A stretch of DNA of 64,000 nucleotides. Source: an uncultured Ignavibacteria bacterium (GTDB lineage: Bacteria; Zixibacteria; MSB-5A5; CAIYYT01). Below are positions 1 through 9,279 of the stretch, piece after piece. The number at the start of each line of letters is the position of its first letter. Position 1 is the stretch's first letter. Both the position numbers and the translations under genes were made by a program. The notes beneath the pieces were generated by a model that was not told the DNA's origin, searched no databases, and worked only from the letters and a program-made list of their open reading frames with translations. The stretch spans positions 393,761 to 457,760 of the forward strand of contig CAZFNN010000001.1 in NCBI GenBank assembly GCA_964520555.1, given 5' to 3'.

Positions 1-1310
1 GTCACACCCAGCCGCAACGCCAGGTCCTGCAGCTTCTCATCCGCCTTCTTGCCGTCCGAATACAGCTGAATCTCCGGATAGTACGTTTCATTACCCGCCC
101 CCAGCTGGGACTGACCCGAGTTGTTGGCAATAATCGAAAACTCGCGCAAATGACTCGTCGAGAAGTCTACAACCAGCGCCTCAATCAAGATCTGCGCCGG
201 CGGGAAGTCCACCGACTTGGTAAACTGCTCCAACTCCTTGATCGTGCCATATGCCCCCGTTGCCAGAAATCCGTTCTGACCCGGCATGACGGAAATCGCA
301 AGTTGGGCTGATATCACCGTCGGCACGAGCTTGAGCAAATCGTCGGCGACCAGATGCTGCAGGGCAATGAACTTGCTGGTGCGCATCTCCTCCATTTTCG
401 CTGAGCCAAACTGATAGACTCCATCCTCCTCTTTGAAAGTGTACTCGGTTCCCCTGAGAATAAGTGTCAGCAGATCATCCGTCGCGACGCCAACGCCTTT
501 TACCGTCACTGTCCCGGCGAGCGTTCCGTAGAGTACCGTCGGCAGATTGCACTTCTGCGCGATATCCTCAACGAGTCGCTGCAAGTCGGCCTGGCGGACT
601 TCAAGCGTAACCAGTCCGCTGTCGCAACGCACGTCGTAACTGGCTGCCCGGCGTACTGAATTTGTCTCTTGCGGTCGGTCGACATAGTAGATGCCGTCCC
701 GTTCTGTCAGCAGATATCCGTTGGCGGACATCAGCGCCTCCAGACCTTGCTCCAACGGCACGTTTTTGAGTTTGCCGGTCAGCCACCCCGTCACACCCTG
801 CTCGAGGACCATGTTGCAGCCGGTCGAGTCGATTATCGCCCTAACCGCCAGCGTGAGCGGCAACGAGTCAAATTCGACTGATAGCTGGCTGTCCTGAAAT
901 TGGATTTCGTAAGGAAAACGCTCGGTTTCGCTCGGCGGGTAGATCTTCAGAATATTGTCCTCGATCGTCCAGCGCAGTTGCTTTTCCTTAAAGATAAACT
1001 GAATCGCGTCGCTCACAGCGACATCCGCGAGGAAGACTGTGATCGTGCCCGACACCTCAGGGCTCACCCATACGTTCACTCCATGCGGTCGGCACAACGC
1101 CGCGAGCGCGTCGCGAATGGCAACCTCCTTGAAGTCGAGCTCCGGAATTGCACGATTGGGAAGCAGACTTTGAAACAGGTCCGTAGTTGTCAGAGAATCT
1201 CCGGTCGGATGACTGGAGTCTGCAACTTCCTGAGTCTGTGGGAGAAGCTCGGACTGAATCAGAAAATAGAGGATTCCAAGAAAACAAGTGCGGCGCAGGA
1301 GCCTAGCCAT
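1..1310 (-). CDS. Type II/IV secretion system secretin (GspD/PilQ family), N-terminal part; C-terminus runs off the window
   Basis: I hand-translated the minus strand from ATG at 1310 (MARLLRRTCFLGILYFLIQS...) with no stop before position 1. The sequence shows a signal peptide, then secretin N-domain-like repeats (…DFKEVAIRDALAALCRPHGVNVWVSPEVSGTITVFLADV…), then the start of the secretin core (FPPAQILIEALVVDFSTSHLREFSI). The ORF track omits it because no stop codon lies inside the window. Confidence 0.6.
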   Translation of the reverse strand, partial: MARLLRRTCFLGILYFLIQSELLPQTQEVADSSHPTGDSLTTTDLFQSLLPNRAIPELDFKEVAIRDALAALCRPHGVNVWVSPEVSGTITVFLADVAVSDAIQFIFKEKQLRWTIEDNILKIYPPSETERFPYEIQFQDSQLSVEFDSLPLTLAVRAIIDSTGCNMVLEQGVTGWLTGKLKNVPLEQGLEALMSANGYLLTERDGIYYVDRPQETNSVRRAASYDVRCDSGLVTLEVRQADLQRLVEDIAQKCNLPTVLYGTLAGTVTVKGVGVATDDLLTLILRGTEYTFKEEDGVYQFGSAKMEEMRTSKFIALQHLVADDLLKLVPTVISAQLAISVMPGQNGFLATGAYGTIKELEQFTKSVDFPPAQILIEALVVDFSTSHLREFSIIANNSGQSQLGAGNETYYPEIQLYSDGKKADEKLQDLALRLGV

Positions 1311-1564
1311 AGAACACCTTTTGTTCGAATTGTCTCGCCCCGTAATTAACTCACGGAACGTCGATAGGTCAAGGGATTTTCACATGCGAGCCAAAATCGG
1401 CAATCTCGGCAAAGATGGATTGGTTAGCACGCGCAACGCAGGACTGCGGCCAAGTCGCCCGTGAAACCAGTGGCTCTCGCAACGACACAGGAGGCGTCAC
1501 CCAAACCCGGTACCATATCCAATGATAATTGGCCATCACCCCTTCTTCAGCTTATCGCAAATTG

Positions 1565-1597
1565 AATACTGACTGACAGAGATTGTCAGTCAGTATT
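1565..1597. promoter_or_regulatory. Perfect 14-bp inverted repeat (AATACTGACTGACA-gagat-TGTCAGTCAGTATT), with a further AGTATT-cac-AATACT half-site pair immediately after
   Basis: I read it directly in the 340-bp intergenic region between the OPT gene stop (1652) and the secretin start (1310). No U-tract follows on either strand, so an operator is more likely than an intrinsic terminator. Confidence 0.4.
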
Positions 1598-1651
1598 CAC
1601 AATACTCTTGCATGAACGAGGCTGCAAGAAATCCAAGCCAGCCCAAATCGA

Positions 1652-3946
1652 TTACGAAACTGCCTCGCCTGAACCATTACGTTTCCGCGTCGCGATGACG
1701 TACAGAAACACCCCCATCGCCGTAAACGGCACCAGCGTCCACAGATTGCTGCCGGCCCAAGCACCCAGCCAATGCGACTTGTCGAAAATCGTCTCCCAAC
1801 CGAGGATATAAAAGATCGCTTGCGTCAACCCCGCGATCGCGCCGCCGGCAATCAACCCGCTCGCCAGCAGCACGCCAGGCGAAAACTCCGCCTCCGAGCC
1901 GCTCGCATTCTTGTTCCGGCGATCCACCAGCCAGCGAATCATGCCGCCGATGAAAATCGGTGTCGATGTCGAAATCGGCAGATACAGCCCCACCGCAAAC
2001 GGCAGCGACGACACTCCGACCAGCTCCATAATCAACGCCAAAGCAATCCCGATCAACACCAGCGCCCACGGTAGCTTGTGCGTCAGGATGCCGTCGATGA
2101 TCAGGCTGAACAACCGCGCCTTGGGTGCATCATACTTTGTGATCGGCATCAGCCGGTGCGACAGCGCGCCGGTCGAATCGACCAGGTATCTCCCCGCCGC
2201 AACGCCGCCTTGATCGTTCTCCAGCGTCAGAATCTTCTGCGGTCCGTCCGCAGTCAAAAACGTCGGCATCGTGTCGGGCAACACTCCCGCCTGGAAGCTG
2301 CGATACTGAGGATCCGTCAAGCGCACGGCACGATGTAGGTCGGTGCCGCACACGCCCGGGTCAATCAGATACACGATCTTCCCTGCATCATTAACCAGAT
2401 AGCGCCCCGTCGGCACACCGTCGGTGAGTTCCGGAAGTGAAATCTGCCGGTACATCCTGCCATCGTACTCGACCTGCTTGGCGTCAGCCGGCACCTGTGC
2501 CGTAAAATTCGGATAATTGCGCGCCGAGTAGGTCGTCATCGCCTGATTCAGCGAGAGCAGCGTCCACCCGATCACCATCGCGCTGGTCGCAACGCCGACA
2601 ATAATACCGATCTGCTGTCGTGAGGGCGTCGCACCGACCAGAAAGCCCGTCTTCAAATCCTGCGAAATCGTTCCGCCGTTCGAGGCCGCCACGCACACCA
2701 GTGCCGCCGTCGTCAAGGCCATCACCCGGAAATCTACCCCCGTCCAGTTCACCAGCAGGAACAGCAAACAGGTAATCAGCAGCGTCGCCACCGTCATCCC
2801 TGAAATCGGGTTGGACGACGAACCGATCTCGCCCGTGATCCGACTCGATACCGTCACGAAGAAAAACCCGAACAGCACGATCAGCGCCGAGGAGACGAAA
2901 TTGATGTTCAGAATCGGCGCCAGCCAAATCGCCAGCACGAGAATCACGCAGCCACCGAGGACATACGGCAGCGGAATATCGCGCTCAGTGCGCAGGATCA
3001 CCGGCTGTCCGCCCCGCTGCGACGTAGCCAGCGAACCCAGGCCGCGCTTGAAGGCACCCACGATCGATGGAATCGAACGAATCAGGCTGATAATCCCGCC
3101 CGTCGCTACCGCGCCCGCCCCGATGTAAAGTACATAGGCGTTGCGAATCGCGCCCGGACTCATGTCCTTGATCAACGCCGAGGACTCAGGAAACACTGCA
3201 CCCGTCAGCCCCTCGCCAAACGCCTTGATCAGTGGAATGATCACGATAAACGCCAGCGCACCGCCCGCCATCATGTTACATGCGGTCTTGATACCAATGA
3301 TATACCCCACCCCCAGCATCGTCGGCGCCACCTCAGCCGAAATCGACGCGCCCTTGAAGAAGCCGAGCGTCCAGTCGGAGGTCTCTTTCCACCACCGTAC
3401 AATCAAATTGAGGAACCCAAACACGAACCCGACACCACCCCCCAGAAACACGGTCTTGGCCGATGTCCCACCCTTGTCGCCGGCAATCAACACCTCCGCG
3501 CATGCCGTCCCTTCCGGATAGGTGATCTTGCCATGTTCCTGTACGATCAGCCCGTGCCGCAGTGGAATCATCATCAACACACCCAGCGTCCCGCCCAACA
3601 GCGCCACCAACAAGATCCGCATCAGCTCCAAGTCCTGCCCCATCAAGAGCAGCGACGGCAACGTAAACGCCACCCCGGCCGCGATCGACTCGCCCGCCGA
3701 CCCCACCGTCTGCACCATGTTGTTCTCGAGAATCGTCGCCTTCCCGAAGGCGCGGAAGATCGTCACCGACAACACGGCAATCGGAATCGAGGCCGACACC
3801 GTTAATCCGACCTTCAAACCCAGGTACACCGAGGACGCGGCGAATGCAATTCCCAGCACCGATCCGAGGATCAGCCCGCGAATCGTCATCTCTCTGATCG
3901 ATTGCTCCGGGGCAATGTACGGCGTGTACGTTGGTGATTCCTTCAT
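1652..3946 (-). CDS. Oligopeptide transporter, OPT family (polytopic membrane protein) with a roughly 150-aa hydrophilic beta-rich insertion
   Basis: 777-aa ORF. The N-terminus (MKESPTYTPYIAPEQSIREMTIRGLILGSVLGIAFAASSVYLGLKVGLT) is typical of bacterial OPT proteins, with many TM segments. A GAGGAG Shine-Dalgarno lies 8 nt upstream of the ATG at 3946. The insert is YDGRMYRQISLPELTDGVPTGRYLVNDAGKIVYLIDPGV…. Confidence 0.7.
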   Translation of the reverse strand: MKESPTYTPYIAPEQSIREMTIRGLILGSVLGIAFAASSVYLGLKVGLTVSASIPIAVLSVTIFRAFGKATILENNMVQTVGSAGESIAAGVAFTLPSLLLMGQDLELMRILLVALLGGTLGVLMMIPLRHGLIVQEHGKITYPEGTACAEVLIAGDKGGTSAKTVFLGGGVGFVFGFLNLIVRWWKETSDWTLGFFKGASISAEVAPTMLGVGYIIGIKTACNMMAGGALAFIVIIPLIKAFGEGLTGAVFPESSALIKDMSPGAIRNAYVLYIGAGAVATGGIISLIRSIPSIVGAFKRGLGSLATSQRGGQPVILRTERDIPLPYVLGGCVILVLAIWLAPILNINFVSSALIVLFGFFFVTVSSRITGEIGSSSNPISGMTVATLLITCLLFLLVNWTGVDFRVMALTTAALVCVAASNGGTISQDLKTGFLVGATPSRQQIGIIVGVATSAMVIGWTLLSLNQAMTTYSARNYPNFTAQVPADAKQVEYDGRMYRQISLPELTDGVPTGRYLVNDAGKIVYLIDPGVCGTDLHRAVRLTDPQYRSFQAGVLPDTMPTFLTADGPQKILTLENDQGGVAAGRYLVDSTGALSHRLMPITKYDAPKARLFSLIIDGILTHKLPWALVLIGIALALIMELVGVSSLPFAVGLYLPISTSTPIFIGGMIRWLVDRRNKNASGSEAEFSPGVLLASGLIAGGAIAGLTQAIFYILGWETIFDKSHWLGAWAGSNLWTLVPFTAMGVFLYVIATRKRNGSGEAVS

Positions 3947-4169
3947 AAGGTCGACTCCTCTACAATGGCCAAAGTGCGTCGTCAATCCGTTCTGGATTTG
4001 GGGTGTAGAAAGGTAGTATACGCTCCTTGCCGGAGCAACGTTTTTTCCGTTTCCGCAGTGCAGCGTTTCACGGGCAAGCGCAAATCTGATTGCCCAACTG
4101 CTCGAGGCATTGTAGTTTGCTTGATGTCGGGACTGAACACCGGCACCATCCGTCTGGGCAGGGTACTAC

Positions 4170-5003
4170 ATGACGAGACTCTTCATTTTGACTGTACTCT
4201 TTGTTTGTCTCCGGCTCGTTTCCGGGCTGGCTGCGTCGAGTGATTCGCTCTGGACTCAAGTCGATACCGGTCTTCACTACGCACAATTCCCCGCATTGCC
4301 GGCATCGACGATCGGGGATTCCCGCATCGACGTCCTTCGCATCGATCCGCACCTTTATTCCCTCGAAATCCTGATGATCTCAGAAACCGGCTCCTACAGC
4401 CTCACCGCTGAGGAATGGTGCCGCCAATACGAGCTCTTGGCCGCCACCAACGCCGGCATGTTCCAGCAGGACTTTCGGACCCACGTCGGCTACCTTCGCC
4501 ATCATGACCACGTCAATAGCTCCCGACGTGTCTCGAAGTATCTCTCCGCCGCCGCCGCCGATCCCGTCAACTCGACCCTTCCGCCCTTTCGTATCTTTGA
4601 TCTCGATGTGATCTCGCTCGACTCCGTCAAAGCAATGTACCGAACAGTGATTCAGAACCTGCGGCTTGTCAAACGACCGGGACGCAATACCTGGTCGCAG
4701 CAGGATGACCTGTGGAGCGAAGCCGCCCTGGGCGAAGACCAGGACGGCAACATCCTGTTCATCTTCTCGCGCTCACCCTACTCGATGTATGATCTCAACC
4801 ACATCCTCCTCAGTCTGCCCATCAACCTCGTCGCGGCTCAGCACCTCGAGGGCGGTCCCGAAGCTTCGCTGTTCTTATCTCACAATGGCCATGTGATTCG
4901 ACGCGTTGGAAGCTTCGAAACCAGGTTCCTCCCATCGGACTCCAATGACCGCTTCTGGCCGCTGCCGAACGTACTCGGGATCATGAAGCTCGCTCCCCAA
5001 TAA
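4170..5003 (+). CDS. Secreted phosphodiester-glycosidase-like protein (DUF2233/NAGPA-like), tentative
   Basis: 277 aa with an N-terminal signal peptide (MTRLFILTVLFVCLRLVSGLAASS). I recall a weak resemblance to the DUF2233 family (…AATNAGMFQQD…). It is the only plus-strand gene in a divergent promoter region. Confidence 0.4.
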   Translation: MTRLFILTVLFVCLRLVSGLAASSDSLWTQVDTGLHYAQFPALPASTIGDSRIDVLRIDPHLYSLEILMISETGSYSLTAEEWCRQYELLAATNAGMFQQDFRTHVGYLRHHDHVNSSRRVSKYLSAAAADPVNSTLPPFRIFDLDVISLDSVKAMYRTVIQNLRLVKRPGRNTWSQQDDLWSEAALGEDQDGNILFIFSRSPYSMYDLNHILLSLPINLVAAQHLEGGPEASLFLSHNGHVIRRVGSFETRFLPSDSNDRFWPLPNVLGIMKLAPQ

Positions 5004-5539
5004 CCCGGCCGATCCTTTATCACTTCTGCGCATCCCGAGTGAGAGGCTGCAAATTCCTTGCTGCGACAGAAATCTTATTGAGAAGTATAAGTTTAGATAA
5101 TTCCTGCAATTAATTGAATAGCAATTGTTTACAATGTCTCAGGTGGCTGTTTATGTGAGATTGATCGACAGGAATCAATCGCATGAAGATCGCGAAGCCA
5201 TCTGGCTTCTTGCAGCCTACTCGGCGGTAGAGCGCTGTCCTCTTGCTCAACCACAAGATTATTAGGCAAGTACTTGCAGGCAACAGCAATCGCTGTTTCA
5301 ACTCGAAAGCCTTCTCCGCCATCGACTCTCAAGCCACTCCGCAAAACTTCCGACAATCTATAGAAAGCGAGTAATCTTGCTGGTTTGCCGGATGCCTGGC
5401 GGCCGAAGCAATTTGGGCCCCGGCGTTTCGGAACGGGTGAGTTTAGGCAATGCCGTCACGGCAAAACGCCCTGGCCTCGCTTAAGGCAAGCAGGCAGCGG
5501 AGCCAAGCCATGACCGCTGATACTGGACGGGGAATTTAG

Positions 5540-6337
5540 GTGGTCGAACACAGACATCACGGAAATGCTGCGCACATTCTGGTCTATTCCGATCGCGCGG
5601 ATCACAACTACGCCATGAAAGTGCGCTTGCGCCAGGAGGGGTTTCGCTTGACCACCTCGCCGACGCTCGACTCCTTCATCGCGCTCTACAAGCAGCAAAC
5701 CCCCGACATCCTCATCATCCGCTCTTTCGCGTTGCCGCGCGATGTCGTCAAGATTCTCAAGCGGCTCTCCAGCCAGGGCATCAACTTCGGGCACGCGCCC
5801 ACCTTCTTGCTGGTGCGCGGCTGTGTCGCCCATTTCCTGATTCCCCTCCTGGAAATCGGCCTGCAAGATATCATCGACGTCGACGACGGCATCGATGCCC
5901 TCGTCCCAAAACTGAAGGAAGTGCGCAGTCGCCTGACTCTGAACGCGCCCCTCGACAGCGAAGTCTCGCGCCCCCAGTCCGGATCGCGCGGAAACCTCTC
6001 CGACATGAGCATCATCGATCTGATCCAGGCTCTCGGCCCCAGCCAGCGCACGGCGCGCATCACCGTCCGACCGGATGCCGGCAACGGCGCGCTGATCATC
6101 TACCTCAACCGCGGCAATATCGCCTTCGCCCAGTACGGTGAATTGCTGGCCGAACAGGCAATCTACAAGGCGCTCGCGTGGGAACGCGGTACCTGGCTGC
6201 TGGAACCGGTTACCGAAGCCGACCTGCCGCCCGCCAACAACGCGCTGCCCAACGAGTTCATCCTGATGGAGGGCTGCCGCCTGATCGACGAAAGCTCGCG
6301 CGAAGCGCAGGCCGCCGATTCGGCCTCGCCGCAATGA
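5540..6337 (+). CDS. Pseudo-receiver (REC-like, acceptor Asp apparently replaced) + DUF4388 domain protein
   Basis: The C-terminal half (MSIIDLIQALGPSQRTARITVRPDAGNGALIIYLNRGNIAFAQYGELLAEQAIYKALAWERGTW) matches the DUF4388 signature. The N-terminal half looks like a CheY-like receiver but has …PDILIIRSF… where the phospho-acceptor (LLD) is expected. GTG start. The overlapping minus-strand ORF 5456..6382 is Arg/Gly/Ala-rich antisense noise. Confidence 0.55.
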   Translation: MVEHRHHGNAAHILVYSDRADHNYAMKVRLRQEGFRLTTSPTLDSFIALYKQQTPDILIIRSFALPRDVVKILKRLSSQGINFGHAPTFLLVRGCVAHFLIPLLEIGLQDIIDVDDGIDALVPKLKEVRSRLTLNAPLDSEVSRPQSGSRGNLSDMSIIDLIQALGPSQRTARITVRPDAGNGALIIYLNRGNIAFAQYGELLAEQAIYKALAWERGTWLLEPVTEADLPPANNALPNEFILMEGCRLIDESSREAQAADSASPQ

Positions 6338-6378
6338 CAGCGGGCGAAACCGTGTGCGCGATTCCGCCCGTGTAGCTC

Positions 6379-7662
6379 TCAAAAGTCCCGCGCATATCCC
6401 AACCGCACCATCACCACATCCAGCTTCGGGAACAAATCGAAGGTGAGTCGTGATCCGAATTCCGGCGGCGGACTGCTGTCGCCGCGCTGAAAATAGTATT
6501 CCGCAGTAATATTGACGTACGAACGCTCACTGACCGGCACGCTCCAGGTGATCCCGCCGGTGATCGCATAAAACTGCGACAGCCGGCCGTCGGCCGAAGC
6601 GTGCTCCGGCAGCGGCCGCCCGTCGATGAGGAAGGGCGTGTAGAAATTCGCTTGCGATTGCCGATACCACCGAAGTCGCGGCTGCAACGCTCCGCGTTCC
6701 CCGACGCCGAACCGCGTGGCCAGATCGATCGAATACGAATTGATGCCCCAATCATCCCAGAAGTAGCGGCTCGCTATGCTCGTTGCACAGCCGGCAATCT
6801 GCCGCCGGACCTCGAGATAGATGGCGTATTTGCTCCGCGCGTCCGGCCGCTGCTCGTAAAGATCCTGAATCGGCTCGCCCGCATCGGTCGAGTCCGGCGG
6901 CTGGACCACGCTGATGATCTTGTAAGGATCAGTTTGATAACCCGACGCGTGGCTCCGCGAAAAATTCGCCCGCACCACCGTCACCCGATCGAGCACCTGC
7001 GTCAGGCTGAATACCAGATCGGTAACCCGCTTCGATTTTCCCGTGAATCGTGCCAGCCGTTCTTCGCGGTCCTCGTCGAGTTCCTCGCCAAACACCGAAT
7101 ACGGCTCGTAGAAGCCTCCTACCGGCGTCACAACGTCGCGCATGTAAGCCGCGGCCAACCCGAGCGTCGTATTGTTGCGGTTGAACTCGCGCGTCAGGCT
7201 GCCGTTGATTCCGATCGACTTATAGTCGTGCTCGCTGGAAGCCGCGGCTCCCACTGAGCCCGTCGTCTTCCGGCCGAGTGGCCGCGCCAAGGACGCCTCG
7301 GCGGCAAAGCGCGTATCCTTGAAGTATTCGTCGACCGGAAATTCCCCCGCCGGTACGGTGATCGTCTTTCCGCCCGACGCGCGCGTCAACGTCTGCGGAT
7401 ACTTGGAGGGCGACCGTCCCGTCGGTGTCGCGCCGGTCAGACCGTCAAAGGTCAACCTCAGACTCAACGTATAGTCTGACTTCATCGGCTTCGTCAGGCT
7501 GAAGTTGCCTTCTGTCGCCCGCACGCGATCCCGTTCCGAGTAGATCAGCAGCGATGTCTCGGAGTGGCCGCCGGCGGCATGGGCCGCCGTCGAACCTACC
7601 AGCGTCGCGGTCATCGCCGCCAGCGTCTTGCGAATCGAAGCTCGCTTCAATTGCACCCACAA
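6379..7662 (-). CDS. DUF3570 family outer-membrane beta-barrel-like protein
   Basis: 427 aa, signal peptide, beta-rich, C-terminal …LGYARDF. It lies directly downstream of, and overlaps by 16 nt, a DUF4266 lipoprotein gene. This is the canonical DUF4266-DUF3570 gene pair. Confidence 0.6.
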   Translation of the reverse strand: MWVQLKRASIRKTLAAMTATLVGSTAAHAAGGHSETSLLIYSERDRVRATEGNFSLTKPMKSDYTLSLRLTFDGLTGATPTGRSPSKYPQTLTRASGGKTITVPAGEFPVDEYFKDTRFAAEASLARPLGRKTTGSVGAAASSEHDYKSIGINGSLTREFNRNNTTLGLAAAYMRDVVTPVGGFYEPYSVFGEELDEDREERLARFTGKSKRVTDLVFSLTQVLDRVTVVRANFSRSHASGYQTDPYKIISVVQPPDSTDAGEPIQDLYEQRPDARSKYAIYLEVRRQIAGCATSIASRYFWDDWGINSYSIDLATRFGVGERGALQPRLRWYRQSQANFYTPFLIDGRPLPEHASADGRLSQFYAITGGITWSVPVSERSYVNITAEYYFQRGDSSPPPEFGSRLTFDLFPKLDVVMVRLGYARDF

Positions 7663-7877
7663 CCGCCGCCGCCAAAGCCGCGGCCTCCGCTGGCAGCCTC
7701 TTTGCTGAAGTAGATGTGGTCGTCTATCGTCAAATCATGCGCCCGGTGGTCGAACTGCATTTCCGGCTTCGCCAACACCCCTCGTTCCCACACCTCAACC
7801 CCGGCTTGACTGCAACCCGCCAACAGCCCTGCTGCCAGCGCTGCCAGCGCAAGTTCAACGATTCTCTTCCGCTTCAT
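7647..7877 (-). CDS. DUF4266 lipoprotein
   Basis: MKRKRIVELALAALAAGLLAGCSQ… is a lipoprotein signal. …HIYFSKEAASGGRGFGGGGCGCN at the C-terminus matches the DUF4266 family signature (HIYFSKE … GGGGCGCN). An AAGGAGG RBS lies 6 nt upstream of the ATG at 7877. Confidence 0.7.
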   Translation of the reverse strand: MKRKRIVELALAALAAGLLAGCSQAGVEVWERGVLAKPEMQFDHRAHDLTIDDHIYFSKEAASGGRGFGGGGCGCN

Positions 7878-7899
7878 CTGCACCTCCTTGACGAACCGC

Positions 7900-8598
7900 T
7901 TAGAAGCGGTATGCGACACCCAACATGAAGCGCGAGTTCAAGTCCGGCTGGTTGATCGTCGCATCGGCATCTCGATAAGTGAAGTCCTCCTTGGCGTTCA
8001 AATCATCTCCGTTGGGCCGGTAGTACGTGTCGTGCCCCGACATCGTGGCCCGGAAGTAATAATCCAGGCCGGCCGTGAGCAACAGATCGACCTTCGGACT
8101 GACGGCAAACGCTGTTTCCAGCCCGCCACCCGCACCCCACTGGTTGCAGATCACATCGAAGGTCTCGTTCCCGCCGATGTACTCAAAGTAAGCCGTGTAG
8201 TTATTGCGCCGCAGACCGCCAAACAGTCGCGAGCGCTCCAGTCCGAGCAGCTTTACCGGGTAGAGCAAATCCACTCGTGCGTCCCACATCTTGCCGCGCG
8301 AGCGCGGGCTGCCGTTCCTCGCCTGGTCGATAAAGACGCGGCGCGCGCGCACGGCATCACCGGTCGGCACCCAGGCATAGCCCAGCCCGAGGCGAACCTC
8401 AAGCGGCAGACCCTGTGCGAAATTGGCGATGGTGCCGCAGGCGTGGATCCCCACGCCACCGTAATAACCGGCGTAAACCTCTCCCGTGAAAAACCGGTTG
8501 GAAATGGAGCCGGAAGCCGCGGGCGGCGGCGCCACCTGTGCCCGGGCCGCGCCTCCCCACAGCACCAGCATCGTCATGACTGCGATTGCCCTGTTCAT
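7900..8598 (-). CDS. Small outer-membrane beta-barrel protein (porin-like)
   Basis: Signal peptide MNRAIAVMTMLVLWGGAARAQ, alternating hydrophobic beta-strand pattern, C-terminal …GVAYRF (aromatic terminal residue typical of OMPs). A GGAAGGAG RBS precedes the ATG at 8598. Confidence 0.5.
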   Translation of the reverse strand: MNRAIAVMTMLVLWGGAARAQVAPPPAASGSISNRFFTGEVYAGYYGGVGIHACGTIANFAQGLPLEVRLGLGYAWVPTGDAVRARRVFIDQARNGSPRSRGKMWDARVDLLYPVKLLGLERSRLFGGLRRNNYTAYFEYIGGNETFDVICNQWGAGGGLETAFAVSPKVDLLLTAGLDYYFRATMSGHDTYYRPNGDDLNAKEDFTYRDADATINQPDLNSRFMLGVAYRF

Positions 8599-8825
8599 GA
8601 TACTCTCCTTCCGACTTCTGGAAGCTCCCATTGAGCTTCGCTGCATGGATCTGTAGGGCGTAGACTCGTTACTGTTTTGTCTGCTTCCAGTGTCGTCGCG
8701 GCTTTTGCGAATCTTGAGGAAAATGGATCGAACAAGCCTAACTCTGAAAACTTTCAGCGGCGCCTGTGCAGAATTCGGCCAGAGTCGTTCAGCATTCGGA
8801 CGCCCTTGTTACGGCCTGAAGCGCA

Positions 8826-8857
8826 GACGGCCGGAACTCCGCGGAGTTCCGGCCGTC
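8826..8857. terminator. Perfect 32-nt GC-rich palindrome GACGGCCGGAACTCCGCGGAGTTCCGGCCGTC, a candidate terminator or operator between pilZ-like and OMP genes
   Basis: Seen directly in the sequence. It is followed on the plus strand by …GATTTTGG. It sits 36 nt downstream of the PilZ gene stop on the minus strand. Confidence 0.4.
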
Positions 8858-8892
8858 CATGCTGAGTGATTTTGGCAGGTGTTCTGAGGACT

Positions 8893-9279
8893 CTACTTCT
8901 TCGCTGCGGTCCGCTGGCTCGCAGTCTGGCGAGGTGGCTCGGACTCCTCCCACGGCACCGTCAGCATCTTGATGATCATCTGTTCCTTATCGCTCAGTCC
9001 GCGAAATTGCAGACCGATCTCGAATGTGCCCGCCTGGTCTCCCGCCGTGCACCATCGGGTCTCGGCCATGATATTCAGTTCGCTGCATCCGAGCACAGCT
9101 TCCGGCAATGCCAGACGGCAATGCACCGCTTGCCCAAGCTTGACGGGTGCCGAACCGCTCAGCTTGCAGCCGTCGACAGTCAGGTCGCGAATGACCCCCA
9201 ACGGCTGATCGCTCTGCAGATCGATCAGGTACAGATCGGACTCCGGAAGGCGTCGCATGTTCTTGCGGCGTTCCTGCAT
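8893..9279 (-). CDS. PilZ domain (c-di-GMP-binding) protein
   Basis: 128 aa. The N-terminal RRKNMRR is the RxxxR motif, followed by DLTVDG (the [D/N]x[S/T]xxG motif). A GAGAGGGG RBS lies upstream of the ATG at 9279. Confidence 0.55.
   Translation of the reverse strand: MQERRKNMRRLPESDLYLIDLQSDQPLGVIRDLTVDGCKLSGSAPVKLGQAVHCRLALPEAVLGCSELNIMAETRWCTAGDQAGTFEIGLQFRGLSDKEQMIIKMLTVPWEESEPPRQTASQRTAAKK

Noticed and set aside
5456-6382. 308-aa minus-strand ORF overlapping the REC-DUF4388 gene
   Set aside because: Arg/Gly/Ala-rich with no recognisable domain. The plus-strand frame carries a clear DUF4388 signature.
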